IMG/VR virus record: IMGVR_UViG_3300027896_000015
Origin: an uncultured virus (IMG/VR IMGVR_UViG_3300027896_000015)
Lineage: Duplodnaviria; Heunggongvirae; Uroviricota; Caudoviricetes
DNA: 64,000 bases
Reading direction: 5' to 3' (one strand)
The translations under genes were made by a program, and so were the position numbers. The notes beneath the pieces are model-generated. The model was given only the letters and a program-made list of their open reading frames with translations, did not search any database and was not told the DNA's origin. Positions 25,201-34,115 of this stretch are shown piece after piece (position 1 is the first letter of the stretch; every line of letters begins with the position of its first letter).

Positions 25201-25524
25201 ATGGAGTACTCAGTAAGCGACTTTTTCAGAAAATACGGCAACGTTTTCGTCGAGGAGTTCTTTAAGTGCCGCAAATGCGGGAGGATGAGCATCCGCATCG
25301 GCGTCTTCTTGAGAGACGCTGATCGCGCAGATTGCACCGAAATCTCCGAGATGGAATGCCCGCACGAGGAGGACGAAATTCAATGCAGAGACTGCGAATT
25401 CAACCATCCTAGCCGCCTTGCGCTGAGATGCGAAGACTGCGGCCATGCATGGGAATATAGGGTCACTGGTGCCGTCGCGGACAAGATGCTTCACGATCCG
25501 TTCGACGGCCAGGGGGCGAAATGA
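25201..25524 (+). CDS. array Zn-ribbon protein
   Basis: DFFRKYG..CRKCG..CEDCG..HDPF. Confidence 0.8.
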   Translation: MEYSVSDFFRKYGNVFVEEFFKCRKCGRMSIRIGVFLRDADRADCTEISEMECPHEEDEIQCRDCEFNHPSRLALRCEDCGHAWEYRVTGAVADKMLHDPFDGQGAK

Positions 25525-25769
25525 AACTAACCCCGATTAAGGATTTTCTTGCGCGGCACGATGGCGTTTTCGCCCTTCCCTCCGAATACCAATGCACGAA
25601 GTGCGGTGGCGTCAATTTGAACGTCGGCGTGGATCTTTTGCAGTCTTCTGAACCCGGACCCGGAGCCGTAATGATCCTTGTGTGCGAGGACTGCGGCTTT
25701 CGGTGGGAATGGGTCTTCGATTCCGAAATGGAGAAAAGAATCAGGAACGACAAGTTCGCGGGAGCCTAG
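25521..25769 (+). CDS. array Zn-ribbon protein
   Basis: DFLARHDG..CTKCG..CEDCG..NDKF. Confidence 0.8.
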   Translation: MKLTPIKDFLARHDGVFALPSEYQCTKCGGVNLNVGVDLLQSSEPGPGAVMILVCEDCGFRWEWVFDSEMEKRIRNDKFAGA

Positions 25770-25780
25770 CGGAGGACGGC

Positions 25781-26026
25781 ATGAGCAATGCGGCCATTGA
25801 ATTCGCCCTGTCGGAATGCAAAGGCATTGAATGCCCGCTGTGCTCCGGCGCTAACACGACCGTTTTTTCGCTGCATGACGCCGTCTGCCATTTCCGGATA
25901 ACCTGTTTGGATTGCGGGAAATCGTGGGAAATTCTGCTGCCGAAGGGAGCGAAAAATCCTCGCGATCTCGTGCGCGGATTTTTGGGTCGGATTGTGGATT
26001 TGTCGCGGGACCTTTTTAATGCGTGA
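25781..26026 (+). CDS. array Zn-ribbon protein
   Basis: CPLC..CLDCG..RDLF. Confidence 0.8.
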   Translation: MSNAAIEFALSECKGIECPLCSGANTTVFSLHDAVCHFRITCLDCGKSWEILLPKGAKNPRDLVRGFLGRIVDLSRDLFNA

Positions 26027-26037
26027 CGGAGGACGAC

Positions 26038-26292
26038 ATGAAACAGCCCATGGGGGATTTTTTCGCCCGGCACGAGGGCGGCATGGCAGCTAAGGATTTT
26101 CGGTGCCCGAACTGCGGAAGCGAAAATTTGTACGTCACTAACGGGATCGCTTTTTGTGAGTTTGTGCGATCCGGATCGGGGCAGTCCGCCTGCCTGAAGA
26201 TGGAGTGCGGTGACTGCGTCTATGTGTTCGGAATGTCCGCCGCCGGCCGCCTGGCCTGGCATGCGGGACGCGATATGTTCGAGGAAGAATAG
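26038..26292 (+). CDS. array Zn-ribbon protein
   Basis: DFFARHEG..CPNCG..CGDC..RDMF. Confidence 0.8.
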   Translation: MKQPMGDFFARHEGGMAAKDFRCPNCGSENLYVTNGIAFCEFVRSGSGQSACLKMECGDCVYVFGMSAAGRLAWHAGRDMFEEE

Positions 26293-26306
26293 CGGAGGAT
26301 AACGCG

Positions 26307-26564
26307 ATGCAGAAGCTGGAAGAATTCCTTAGCAGGTACGAGCATGTTTTTGACGAGCGGCAGTTCGTCTGCCCCGAATGCGCGTGCAGGCAGCTGCTCG
26401 TCTCGTCTTTAATGTGCCTGGAACACGATGTCGGACCGGCGTCGAAACACCGGGACGCGTATTTCATCCTGCTGGTGTGCGAAAACTGCGGGCACAGATG
26501 GAAGCTGTTCGTCGACCAGCTTACGGTCGAAAAGATGAGCGGGGACAGGTTCGCGGAAGCGTGA
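26307..26564 (+). CDS. array Zn-ribbon protein
   Basis: EFLSRYE..CPEC..CENCG..GDRF. Confidence 0.8.
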   Translation: MQKLEEFLSRYEHVFDERQFVCPECACRQLLVSSLMCLEHDVGPASKHRDAYFILLVCENCGHRWKLFVDQLTVEKMSGDRFAEA

Positions 26565-26578
26565 CGGGAGAAGGAATC

Positions 26579-26893
26579 ATGGAGCGCGACAAGCCGCTGC
26601 GCGATGGTTGTGGCTGGGACGACGATCCGTTATGGGATGACGGCCCGCACTGGATGACGCTGCGCGATTTTCTCGCGAGGCATGACGGGATTTTCGGCAA
26701 CGAGACCTACCTGCATTGCCATAAATGCGGCGGCCGGAGGCTGTCGGCGGAGGCCAGAAGATCTTACGACGGCGACACGTCCCTGTTTCTGGCGTGCGAC
26801 GACTGCGGAAACCAGTGGATCGTCAGCCTGGGGAAATCAATGGCGATGAAGATGCGCGACAGGTTCGCGGAGGATCGGCCGGAGCATGATTAG
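26579..26893 (+). CDS. array Zn-ribbon protein
   Basis: DFLARHDG..CHKCG..CDDCG..RDRF. Confidence 0.8.
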   Translation: MERDKPLRDGCGWDDDPLWDDGPHWMTLRDFLARHDGIFGNETYLHCHKCGGRRLSAEARRSYDGDTSLFLACDDCGNQWIVSLGKSMAMKMRDRFAEDRPEHD

Positions 26894-27101
26894 GAACATA
26901 GAAAACCCCACTAAAAGATGCCCCAGATGCGGCGGCGTCAACCTGGACAAATCGCCGTCGTCATCGTCGAGCCATAAGTGGACCGACATCCGATGCCGCG
27001 ATTGCGGATGGGCTGCGGTCGCGCGCGCGTCGGATATTGCCGACGGACGCAAAATCATTCAGCTGGCCTGCAACGATCCGGACCACCTGTTCGGAGAATA
27101 G
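26886..27101 (+). CDS. array Zn-ribbon protein
   Basis: CPRCG..CRDCG..NDPDHLF. Confidence 0.8.
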   Translation: MIRNIENPTKRCPRCGGVNLDKSPSSSSSHKWTDIRCRDCGWAAVARASDIADGRKIIQLACNDPDHLFGE

Positions 27102-27114
27102 GAGATGTCCGACG

Positions 27115-27339
27115 ATGGACACGAAGCAAGACGGCATCAGGGCCACGATTGATGCGTGTCTGGAATGCGGATGGTGCGACAGCGTGCAGGTCCGGCATAA
27201 CCAGCGTTCTTCGATGACGGAGATCGTATGCGGAAGATGCGGGGCTGTTCGCGAGGTCTTGGCGCGGAAAGAGCGCAGAAAAATCTGCGGAGTGTTCAAA
27301 ACACGCGATGTACTGTATGATCCGTTTAGCGCAGGATAA
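27115..27339 (+). CDS. array Zn-ribbon protein
   Basis: CLECG..CGRCG..YDPF. Confidence 0.8.
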   Translation: MDTKQDGIRATIDACLECGWCDSVQVRHNQRSSMTEIVCGRCGAVREVLARKERRKICGVFKTRDVLYDPFSAG

Positions 27340-27348
27340 GGGTAGTGT

Positions 27349-27588
27349 ATGAAGTCTAAGGACGCAATATCAAGATGCCCGCGTTGTTCTGGGCTTCTTC
27401 TGTATAAGCCATCTTCATCTTCACTCGCCTACTCACATTTCAGATGTCGCGATTGCGGGACGGAAGTTGATTTCTCAAGGGAGGATGTAGACAACGGATG
27501 CGACGTTGTTAGGCTGATCGAAGGCGATGTTGATGATGAAGACAATAGAAACGATCCGTTCGATACAAGGCGGCAGCATGAATCCTAA
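27349..27588 (+). CDS. array Zn-ribbon protein
   Basis: CPRC..CRDCG..NDPF. Confidence 0.8.
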   Translation: MKSKDAISRCPRCSGLLLYKPSSSSLAYSHFRCRDCGTEVDFSREDVDNGCDVVRLIEGDVDDEDNRNDPFDTRRQHES

Positions 27589-27853
27589 CCGGCGTTCGGA
27601 CATCATCAAGTGCAAGGGATGTCCCGTATGTGGAAGCAACAGGACGCGTGCCACGAGCCCCAAGAAAGCCGGCGACTATGCTGTAGGGATGGCGTGCGAC
27701 GATTGCGGCAGCACGTGGATAGCAAGCGGAGACGTTTGCAGGGGAACCGAAATGACGGTGTACCGCGACTCAATAACCGATTCTTTTGGAGAACAGGACA
27801 CGTTCAGCGTAGACGACCCTTATGGTGAAAGGGAGGCGTTTCGTGAAATCTAA
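27578..27853 (+). CDS. array Zn-ribbon protein
   Basis: CPVCG..CDDCG..DDPY. Confidence 0.8.
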   Translation: MNPNRRSDIIKCKGCPVCGSNRTRATSPKKAGDYAVGMACDDCGSTWIASGDVCRGTEMTVYRDSITDSFGEQDTFSVDDPYGEREAFREI

Positions 27854-28043
27854 AGACGCAACCGCAAGATGCCCCCGATGTTCAGGAACCGACCTGTCTG
27901 TGACCAAGATTAATTCCGCGATACGGCGCGTCCGATGCCTTCATTGCAGAGAGTCTTGGGACTTGGTGGCGTCTGACATGGATAACGGATTGGACGAGAT
28001 CAGGTCGGGGCTGGTTATACTGGATGATCCGTTTGACGACTAG
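27843..28043 (+). CDS. array Zn-ribbon protein
   Basis: KSKDA..RCPRCSG (as in 27349)..CLHC..DDPF. Confidence 0.8.
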   Translation: MKSKDATARCPRCSGTDLSVTKINSAIRRVRCLHCRESWDLVASDMDNGLDEIRSGLVILDDPFDD

Positions 28044-28075
28044 AAGTCAAAATTTGGCGGGTGGTGGAGGTCGGT

Positions 28076-28318
28076 ATGAAAAAGACGGCAAGTCGTTGTT
28101 TCGACGAGAAGGTGCTGGATGCTGCGGCGACGTGCACATCGTGCGGCAGCCAAAACGTGTCCAGATGCCTTCCGTCAGAGTCCGACAACTGCGACATGGT
28201 GTGCCGCTGCCAGGAATGCGGAAAGATTTGGACCGTCGAATTAAAGCACGACGAAAACGGGTTTTGCGCCGTCCTGCGGACGACACACGACCCGTTCGGG
28301 GAGGCGCGTGCGCCATGA
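28076..28318 (+). CDS. array Zn-ribbon protein
   Basis: CTSCG..CQECG..HDPF. Confidence 0.8.
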   Translation: MKKTASRCFDEKVLDAAATCTSCGSQNVSRCLPSESDNCDMVCRCQECGKIWTVELKHDENGFCAVLRTTHDPFGEARAP

Positions 28319-28557
28319 CAGGATACAGGACATATCCAGCCCTTGAGTACTTCTCAAAGGAGTTTCGGAAGCTGGCGGTCTGCCCCGGGTGCGGAAGCGT
28401 CAACACGTATGCGTCTCCGCAGCCGCCCCACGACCTCGTGATCAAGATGCAGTGCCTAGACTGCTTGAAATTGTGGGTTCTGTATGCCGGCGAGATCGGA
28501 CCGTACTGGAAAGCTTCCTTTAAATGCCATGATGTGCGAGACTGGTTCGGTGAATAG
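28315..28557 (+). CDS. array Zn-ribbon protein
   Basis: CPGCG..CLDC..RDWF. Confidence 0.8.
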   Translation: MTGYRTYPALEYFSKEFRKLAVCPGCGSVNTYASPQPPHDLVIKMQCLDCLKLWVLYAGEIGPYWKASFKCHDVRDWFGE

Positions 28558-28558
28558 G

Positions 28559-28789
28559 ATGCGTCAGACAAAAGAGCGTTTTTCCGAGTGGGCGCGCCGG
28601 ATGAATTTTCCGGTAGATTTCGCCACATCGTGCCCGTCCTGCGGCGGACGCGACATCCGGCATCTGTTCATCTTGTCCATGGAAAACGATATCCGCCTTG
28701 AATGCGGAAATTGCGGCAAACGGTGGACGGCGGTTCGAGGATACGCTGGCGACAGCCCCAGCCTGCGGATGAAGGACCCGTTCGAATAG
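28559..28789 (+). CDS. array Zn-ribbon protein
   Basis: CPSCG..CGNCG..KDPF. Confidence 0.8.
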   Translation: MRQTKERFSEWARRMNFPVDFATSCPSCGGRDIRHLFILSMENDIRLECGNCGKRWTAVRGYAGDSPSLRMKDPFE

Positions 28790-28795
28790 AATGGG

Positions 28796-29050
28796 GTGGC
28801 GATGAAAACGAATAATTTCTACACCAGAATATACGGAAGGCTCGGATGCCCGTTCTGCGGGAGCATGGCCGTGGAAGTTTACCCAGACCTGGAAGACGGC
28901 ATAGTTTTCAAGTGCCGCGATTGCGGACGGCTGTCAAGGATGTCAATGTCTTTCGCCGACAAACTGCTGTCGTCTTTTGAAGATCGAAGGCCCGTACCGG
29001 CACTCTGGATAGCGCCGCCAACACAAAAATCGGATCCGTTCGATGCGTGA
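28796..29050 (+). CDS. array Zn-ribbon protein
   Basis: CPFCG..CRDCG..SDPF. Confidence 0.8.
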   Translation: MAMKTNNFYTRIYGRLGCPFCGSMAVEVYPDLEDGIVFKCRDCGRLSRMSMSFADKLLSSFEDRRPVPALWIAPPTQKSDPFDA

Positions 29051-29279
29051 ACAATTTCTAACAGGCCACCAGTTGCTGGGGAAACAGTTTCTAACATGTC
29101 CATGGTGCACTTTCGAGTCGTCGTTGATTGTCTGCTGGGACGACACGCCTGGCGGGACGCAGGTCCGTCTTCGGTGCCCGATCTGCAAAATGTCATGGGA
29201 AGTTGACTGCACGTTTTCAGACATCGCGGGAAATCGTTTTTCGGAACCCGCAATAATAAGAAGCTGGCTCAAGGCTTAG
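29043..29279 (+). CDS. array Zn-ribbon protein
   Basis: CPWC..CPIC..GNRF. Confidence 0.75.
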   Translation: MREQFLTGHQLLGKQFLTCPWCTFESSLIVCWDDTPGGTQVRLRCPICKMSWEVDCTFSDIAGNRFSEPAIIRSWLKA

Positions 29280-29290
29280 GAGAGCGTTGC

Positions 29291-29580
29291 ATGATTGCTA
29301 AAGAACTAGATTGCGTTGTCGGAATGGGGATCGGAATCGATATGCTGGTGCAATGCCCCGCATGTCGCGGGGATAGGGCGCACGCCATCAGGAACATCCA
29401 GAGGCCATACGAAATCTGCAGGGAATGCGAGGACTGCGGGCACAGGTGGAGGATCGCGCTCAAGCCGAGAGGGGCGGAATGAAATTCGACTGGTTCGAAA
29501 CACGAGGGGATTGACATGACATTTACGAGTTCCTGAACGATCCGTTCAAGGGTCAAGAACCTGAACTGGAGCCGCCATGA
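29291..29580 (+). pseudogene. broken array member
   Basis: CPAC..CEDCG ORF stops at 29482; NDPF tail survives in another frame ending at 29580. Confidence 0.55.
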
Positions 29581-29837
29581 AAGACAGGTCGCAGTTCGTT
29601 TTTATGGATCCGTTCGACGACTACTGCTGCTGTCCGGAGACGATGGTCGACCGCGGCGACGGATGGCATTTCCCCCCTGAAGACGGCGATCCTGGCTTCA
29701 GGTGTTTTCAATGCTCCGTATGCGGTTCTTTGTGGTTCAAGGATGACGGCGCCGACGTGTACTACACGCACTCCGCCAAGACGTGTGCTCGACGCAAGTA
29801 TGCGTCCGGAAAACGCCGAAGAAGGACGCCTAAATGA
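29577..29837 (+). CDS. array variant with N-terminal DPF
   Basis: MDPFDDYCCCPET...CSVCG. Confidence 0.75.
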   Translation: MKDRSQFVFMDPFDDYCCCPETMVDRGDGWHFPPEDGDPGFRCFQCSVCGSLWFKDDGADVYYTHSAKTCARRKYASGKRRRRTPK

Positions 29838-30073
29838 GCTCGTTTGGGATCAAGATATCGGGGCAATGGAAATGCCCTGACTGCTGCAGCCGCAATGTCA
29901 AGGTGACTGAAAAGCCGATGACGCTGCGCTTCATCGTTTTGTGTCTGGACTGCGGCTGCGTCAACGTGCTGAGGCTGTCGGCGTTCAAGAAGACGAAGGG
30001 CGACATCGACGCGGCGTGCAGCAGGAAGTTCGCCCTGAGGGTGGATGACCCGTTCGATGAAAAGAAATTTTGA
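29834..30073 (+). CDS. array Zn-ribbon protein
   Basis: CPDC..CLDCG..DDPF. Confidence 0.8.
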   Translation: MSSFGIKISGQWKCPDCCSRNVKVTEKPMTLRFIVLCLDCGCVNVLRLSAFKKTKGDIDAACSRKFALRVDDPFDEKKF

Positions 30074-30131
30074 TTGCTCGATAACCGGTAATTTTTTAGG
30101 GCGGAAACACATCTTCATCCGCAGGATCAGG

Positions 30132-30392
30132 ATGAAAATCCTGGATGCGTTCGACACCTCGTCGTGCTGTGTTCCCGGCACCATGCGCCTCATCATGTGT
30201 CCTAAGCCGCAATTTGATCCTGAAACGGGAGAACGGCAATATCCTTATGAATGCGAAATATGCGAGAAAGACTGGCTTGGCGACGGCAAGGGCAGATTCT
30301 GGTGCAGAGTGTTCGGGGCGATTCCCGTCGAGAAGGACGTTCCTGACGGTTGGGAGATATGCAGAAGATCTGACGGCGACTGGACATTTTGA
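30132..30392 (+). CDS. array variant with N-terminal DAF
   Basis: LDAFDTSSCCVPGT...CEIC. Confidence 0.75.
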   Translation: MKILDAFDTSSCCVPGTMRLIMCPKPQFDPETGERQYPYECEICEKDWLGDGKGRFWCRVFGAIPVEKDVPDGWEICRRSDGDWTF

Positions 30393-30415
30393 AGCTGTCG
30401 GAAAGGAATAGGGCG

Positions 30416-30676
30416 ATGCAACAGGACATGTCGGAGTTTCTCGCCGACCAGAAACGCTGTTGGGCGAAGTTTGCTAGTCGAGGGTGCCCGGCTTGCGGCA
30501 GCAAAGATGTAATCGTCAGTCCGCTTCCCAAGACCAGAGAACTTTTGTTCGAATGCCTGTCGTGCGGCAGAAGGTCGGTCGTGCCTTTGCGGGACGCCGT
30601 CAGGGTGCCGTCGTCATCGGAGGCGCGCGGTCAGCCGAACATTGTCGGGGATGTGTTCGATGAAACACGATCTTAA
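30416..30676 (+). CDS. array Zn-ribbon protein
   Basis: CPACG..CLSCG..GDVF. Confidence 0.8.
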   Translation: MQQDMSEFLADQKRCWAKFASRGCPACGSKDVIVSPLPKTRELLFECLSCGRRSVVPLRDAVRVPSSSEARGQPNIVGDVFDETRS

Positions 30677-30790
30677 GGAACAAACGCCATGATTTGTTTT
30701 GGTTCCAAGTCGGAACAGCATATTTTGTTGACACTCTGCCGGGGATAAATCCCCGCAGATTCTTGAGGACCGCCTTGCGGCGCCCTATCC

Positions 30791-31948
30791 TCAAGCAACA
30801 CGGAGGTACGGTTCGTACTTGACGTCCCGTATCTCCGAGGCCGGTCTCATAGCGGCAACTACTGATTCATTCCGGATGCCGGAACTACTCAGATACATTC
30901 TGAGGATGTTGAACGCGCCCACCACGTCCCTGTGGCCGTGGAACCCGCACTTGCACCTGTACTCCCTGCCCTTCGGATGCTTCCTCTTGCCGCAAGACGG
31001 GCAGGTCTGTGAGCTGTAGGCTTCGTTCTGAAGCCTGAAGTTCAGCCCCGCCTTCTCCGCCTTGTATTTCAGCATCCGAGTAGCTTGCGAGTACAGCCAG
31101 GCATGGTTCTCCTGGTTGCGCATTCTCCCCTTGTTGTTCTCCTGGCGGTATCCGTTCAAGTCGCCGACCACGAGGGTGTCCTTGCCGCTTTTCTTGCAAG
31201 TCGACACGATTCCCGTGGTGTACTTGTGCAGGATGTCGCTGGTCCTGTTCTTCGCCTTCCTAAGAAACTTCTTTTTGCTTTTCAGCAGCCGCTTCCATTC
31301 CCTTGATCCCTTCTTCTTTCGGGACATCTTCTCCTGGATGTCGGCCAGCTTCTTGTCCTTCCACTGCCTCAAGGATCGAAGCAGCCTGCCGTTGTAGATG
31401 ACTCCGTCGGACGTGGCGGCAACATGTATCTGGCCGAGATCGATAGACAGAACCTGAGATTCCGGCGCAAGTGCGGGAGCCGCATGGTCGTACACGCAGA
31501 TCATCTCGTACTGCTTCCCGTTCCACCGAAGAGTGCATTGAACTGGAATCTCGTATTTCCAATCCTTGAAAATCAGCGGTTCGCTGATCCTTCCGTTGCT
31601 CAGAATCAGGGCTCCGTCTTTGAGTCTGATGGCGGTGTTCTTCCATACGACCTGGAAGTATTTTCGCAGCCTTCGGGGCGGCCTAGCCTCGGGGACATGC
31701 TTCCTTAACGCCCTCCAGGACTTGAGAGACTGGAAGAACGCCTGGACGGATGCGTCGGAGGAATGAGCGTGCATCTTGTCGGAGCTGAAGATTCTCATCA
31801 TCGACGAAGGTTTCAGCCAGATGCCCTTCTTCCTGACGGTCCTCCAGAAGAACTTGACGGCGCTGGAATAGAGCATTCCGGACTCCAAAGCAAGCCTGTC
31901 CAGCATTTCCGTCTTCTTCAATTTGAAATGTCTGACACGGTAGCTCAT
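30791..31948 (-). CDS. tnpB: TnpB
   Basis: LSIDLG, LVVGDL, EAYSSQTCPSCG..CKCG..HRDVVGAFNI; start overlaps the tnpA stop. Confidence 0.92.
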   Translation of the reverse strand: MSYRVRHFKLKKTEMLDRLALESGMLYSSAVKFFWRTVRKKGIWLKPSSMMRIFSSDKMHAHSSDASVQAFFQSLKSWRALRKHVPEARPPRRLRKYFQVVWKNTAIRLKDGALILSNGRISEPLIFKDWKYEIPVQCTLRWNGKQYEMICVYDHAAPALAPESQVLSIDLGQIHVAATSDGVIYNGRLLRSLRQWKDKKLADIQEKMSRKKKGSREWKRLLKSKKKFLRKAKNRTSDILHKYTTGIVSTCKKSGKDTLVVGDLNGYRQENNKGRMRNQENHAWLYSQATRMLKYKAEKAGLNFRLQNEAYSSQTCPSCGKRKHPKGREYRCKCGFHGHRDVVGAFNILRMYLSSSGIRNESVVAAMRPASEIRDVKYEPYLRVA

Positions 31949-32334
31949 GACCTTGACTGGGCCTCTATATACTTTTGGATCGCTTCCGCGCTGACGTTTC
32001 CGGCGGTGGACGCAAAATAAGAGCGGGTCCACATGCACGGAAGCTTCTTCAGATCCGAAAACTCCCTCCTGAGGAAGTACGATGTGATGCCCTTGCACTC
32101 CTTGACGATCTCGCTGGCCGGAACCGTCGGAAACGAACGGATGAAGAGATGGATGTGATCCGGCTGCGCCGACAGCTCCAAGACGGTCCAAGCCATCTGG
32201 TCGCATTTTTCCCGGATAAGCTCCTCGCATCTGTCCTTGATCTTTCCCAGCAGCGCAGGCTTGCGCCGCTTCACGCACCAGATCAGATGATAGACGATCA
32301 GGTGCACCCGATGTTCGTCTCTGATATAGTCCAT
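31945..32334 (-). CDS. tnpA: Y1 HUH transposase TnpA
   Basis: YHLIWCVK.R, PDHIHLF (HUH), W.RSYF..T.G, I.KYIE.Q. Confidence 0.95.
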   Translation of the reverse strand: MDYIRDEHRVHLIVYHLIWCVKRRKPALLGKIKDRCEELIREKCDQMAWTVLELSAQPDHIHLFIRSFPTVPASEIVKECKGITSYFLRREFSDLKKLPCMWTRSYFASTAGNVSAEAIQKYIEAQSRS

Positions 32335-32973
32335 GTTTCCATTATACAACAAAACTTGTTCAGATTCCTTCTTAAATCTGGAATATTCTTGGAACATACC
32401 CGCCTAACCGCTGGGGCTAAAGCCCCGCGGCTTGCGGCGGGAAGATTCTGTCAGAAGGATCAGGCCCGGACAGTTCGGCGAAACGATCACGGACGAGAAT
32501 GGAACCACCTATTGCATCGAGGGGTGGCCTCCATTCGGCGAGAGCAAGGTCTATCCGCCGGAGTACTGGGGCGTGTTTCCGTTGTACTTCTTCGACGCGC
32601 CGGTCGGCGTTCAGGTGAGCGTGGAGAACCTCGATCCGCGCAACGTCGCCAAGGTGCGGGTTAGGGTCGAAGCGTACCCGCTCGAAACGGACGGAACCCA
32701 CGGGGCGCCGCTGTGCCTGCCGAGCGAGACCGACATCGAGGTGGCGGCGGGCGCAACGAAGTTTGTGGACGCCTCGATCGTACCGGCCTTCAGCGAAGAT
32801 TCCGAGTCCGGCTTGGACCGCATGGTCGTGAAGATTCTCCATCCCAACAAGGGGCAGGATGACCCGACAGCGGTCTATGACGATCCAGCGCTGATCCTGA
32901 TGAAGGAAGCGATTTTCTGCCCACCGATCCTGAGCCAGCCGGTGCGGGAGATCGTGAACCAAATGCTTCTGCC

Positions 32974-33468
32974 TTAAAGGTCGTACACGGTGACTGGGAC
33001 GCCTTGGTCAGCCAATTCCCTCTTGACGATATCCTCGATTTTGTTCCATAAACCGCCCGCCAAGCCGCACCCCATTCTTGGCATATGAACGCTGACTGGC
33101 TGCCCAGTATCTTCGGACAGCTTCAATGCGAAATTTCTGACTTTTACCAGCCCTGACGCGATAGCCTCGTAGCGAATCGGCTTGCCTCCGGGTGCGTTTC
33201 CGCACCCTCTTTGCCCGATGATGTTGGCCACATGCGTGTCAGGTTCGACAAGAACGAACTGGACATCCCCTAGCGTCATCCTTCCTCCGCGTTCTGCGGA
33301 GTGCCATTTCCTGTATTCGTGTTCAGGTTTTTTCCACCGTCTGGACAGCGCCAGCACGAAGCCTGCACCCCATGCGCCGATGTCGTTGCAGCAGTGGACG
33401 ATGATTTTTTGGCCTTCGCCAACGGGGGCCGTAGCATCCCCGCGAACATATTTGATTGACGTGTTCAT
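32974..33468 (-). CDS. macro domain protein (ADP-ribose hydrolase-like)
   Basis: GDAT, IVHCCND.GAWGAGF, MPRMGCGLAGG.W. Confidence 0.9.
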   Translation of the reverse strand: MNTSIKYVRGDATAPVGEGQKIIVHCCNDIGAWGAGFVLALSRRWKKPEHEYRKWHSAERGGRMTLGDVQFVLVEPDTHVANIIGQRGCGNAPGGKPIRYEAIASGLVKVRNFALKLSEDTGQPVSVHMPRMGCGLAGGLWNKIEDIVKRELADQGVPVTVYDL

Positions 33469-33525
33469 GCGGGCGATGATATCATGTTCTGCGAGAAACG
33501 GTCAAGAACCAATTAAGGAGGCACC

Positions 33526-33726
33526 ATGTACGAGGTAAACGACACATCATCCATGTTCGACAAGATCATCGGGGTCTATGAAGCGCTGCTGAAGAACGAC
33601 AAGTTCTTTCTTCTGCACGCCAAGACACAGAAGAAGATGTTCGACGCTTTCGTGGCCGAGGGTTTCACCAAGGAACAGGCCGTCAAGCTGCTGTGCTCGA
33701 TGGGCGCATTCTTGAAAACATCATGA
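33526..33726 (+). CDS. hypothetical protein
   Basis: SD AAGGAGG; GFTKEQAV.L motif. Confidence 0.65.
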   Translation: MYEVNDTSSMFDKIIGVYEALLKNDKFFLLHAKTQKKMFDAFVAEGFTKEQAVKLLCSMGAFLKTS

Positions 33727-33758
33727 CCACATTGTGCAGCAGGTCGTGACACGGGCTA

Positions 33759-34109
33759 ATGGAGGCAACGATCATGGCCGAATTGCTAATAGGTGGACCA
33801 GACGCATATCCAGAATTGGTTCCAGGACTTATGGTTAATGGGCATAGCACACAATGTTGCCTTGAAGGTCCGCTGGTACAGGATACATCCTACGAACGAT
33901 ATGGCATCTGGCTCGCCATATGTCCGAAGTGCCATTTGATGTGGAGAACATTCCATGGACTTTGCGGCGCGAGATGCGTGTGGTATGCCCCGTCGCAAAT
34001 CATAGCGAGAGTGCTTGGAGAAAACGCCTTAACAAAGGAAGAACAGGAAGATTATGCGGGAATCAAAGGGACGTGGCTGGAAAATCTTCAGCTGACACCA
34101 ATGGCTTGA
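33759..34109 (+). CDS. hypothetical Cys-rich protein
   Basis: CC...CPKC..W; somewhat resembles the array variants. Confidence 0.6.
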   Translation: MEATIMAELLIGGPDAYPELVPGLMVNGHSTQCCLEGPLVQDTSYERYGIWLAICPKCHLMWRTFHGLCGARCVWYAPSQIIARVLGENALTKEEQEDYAGIKGTWLENLQLTPMA

Positions 34110-34115
34110 TGCATC

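Larger units (their letters stand above)
23285..30676 (+). repeat. tandem array of ~29 paralogous small zinc-ribbon genes with D-P/x-F motifs
   Basis: 27 intact ORFs of ~65-107 aa plus 2 decayed copies, all on the same strand and abutting. Confidence 0.9.
30728..32449 (-). mobile_element. complete IS200/IS605 element (tnpA + tnpB)
   Basis: Subterminal GGGG.TTTA.CCCC hairpins at both ends, right end TCAA, left flank CTGAC, no target duplication. Confidence 0.92.
30689..32977 (+). pseudogene. hypothetical gene split by an IS200/IS605 element
   Basis: 30689-30727 (MICFGSKSEQHIL) joins in frame to 32450-32977 (VRRIRPGQF...). Confidence 0.7.

Noticed and set aside
23285..30676. Integron cassette array or DGR as the source of the zinc-ribbon array
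   Set aside because: Genes abut or overlap with no attC-sized palindromes; no integrase, reverse transcriptase or TR/VR pair seen in the window.
31949..32278. TnpA-overlapping extension of TnpB (495-aa ORF)
   Set aside because: Alternate frame of tnpA; tnpB starts at the ATGA overlap (31948).
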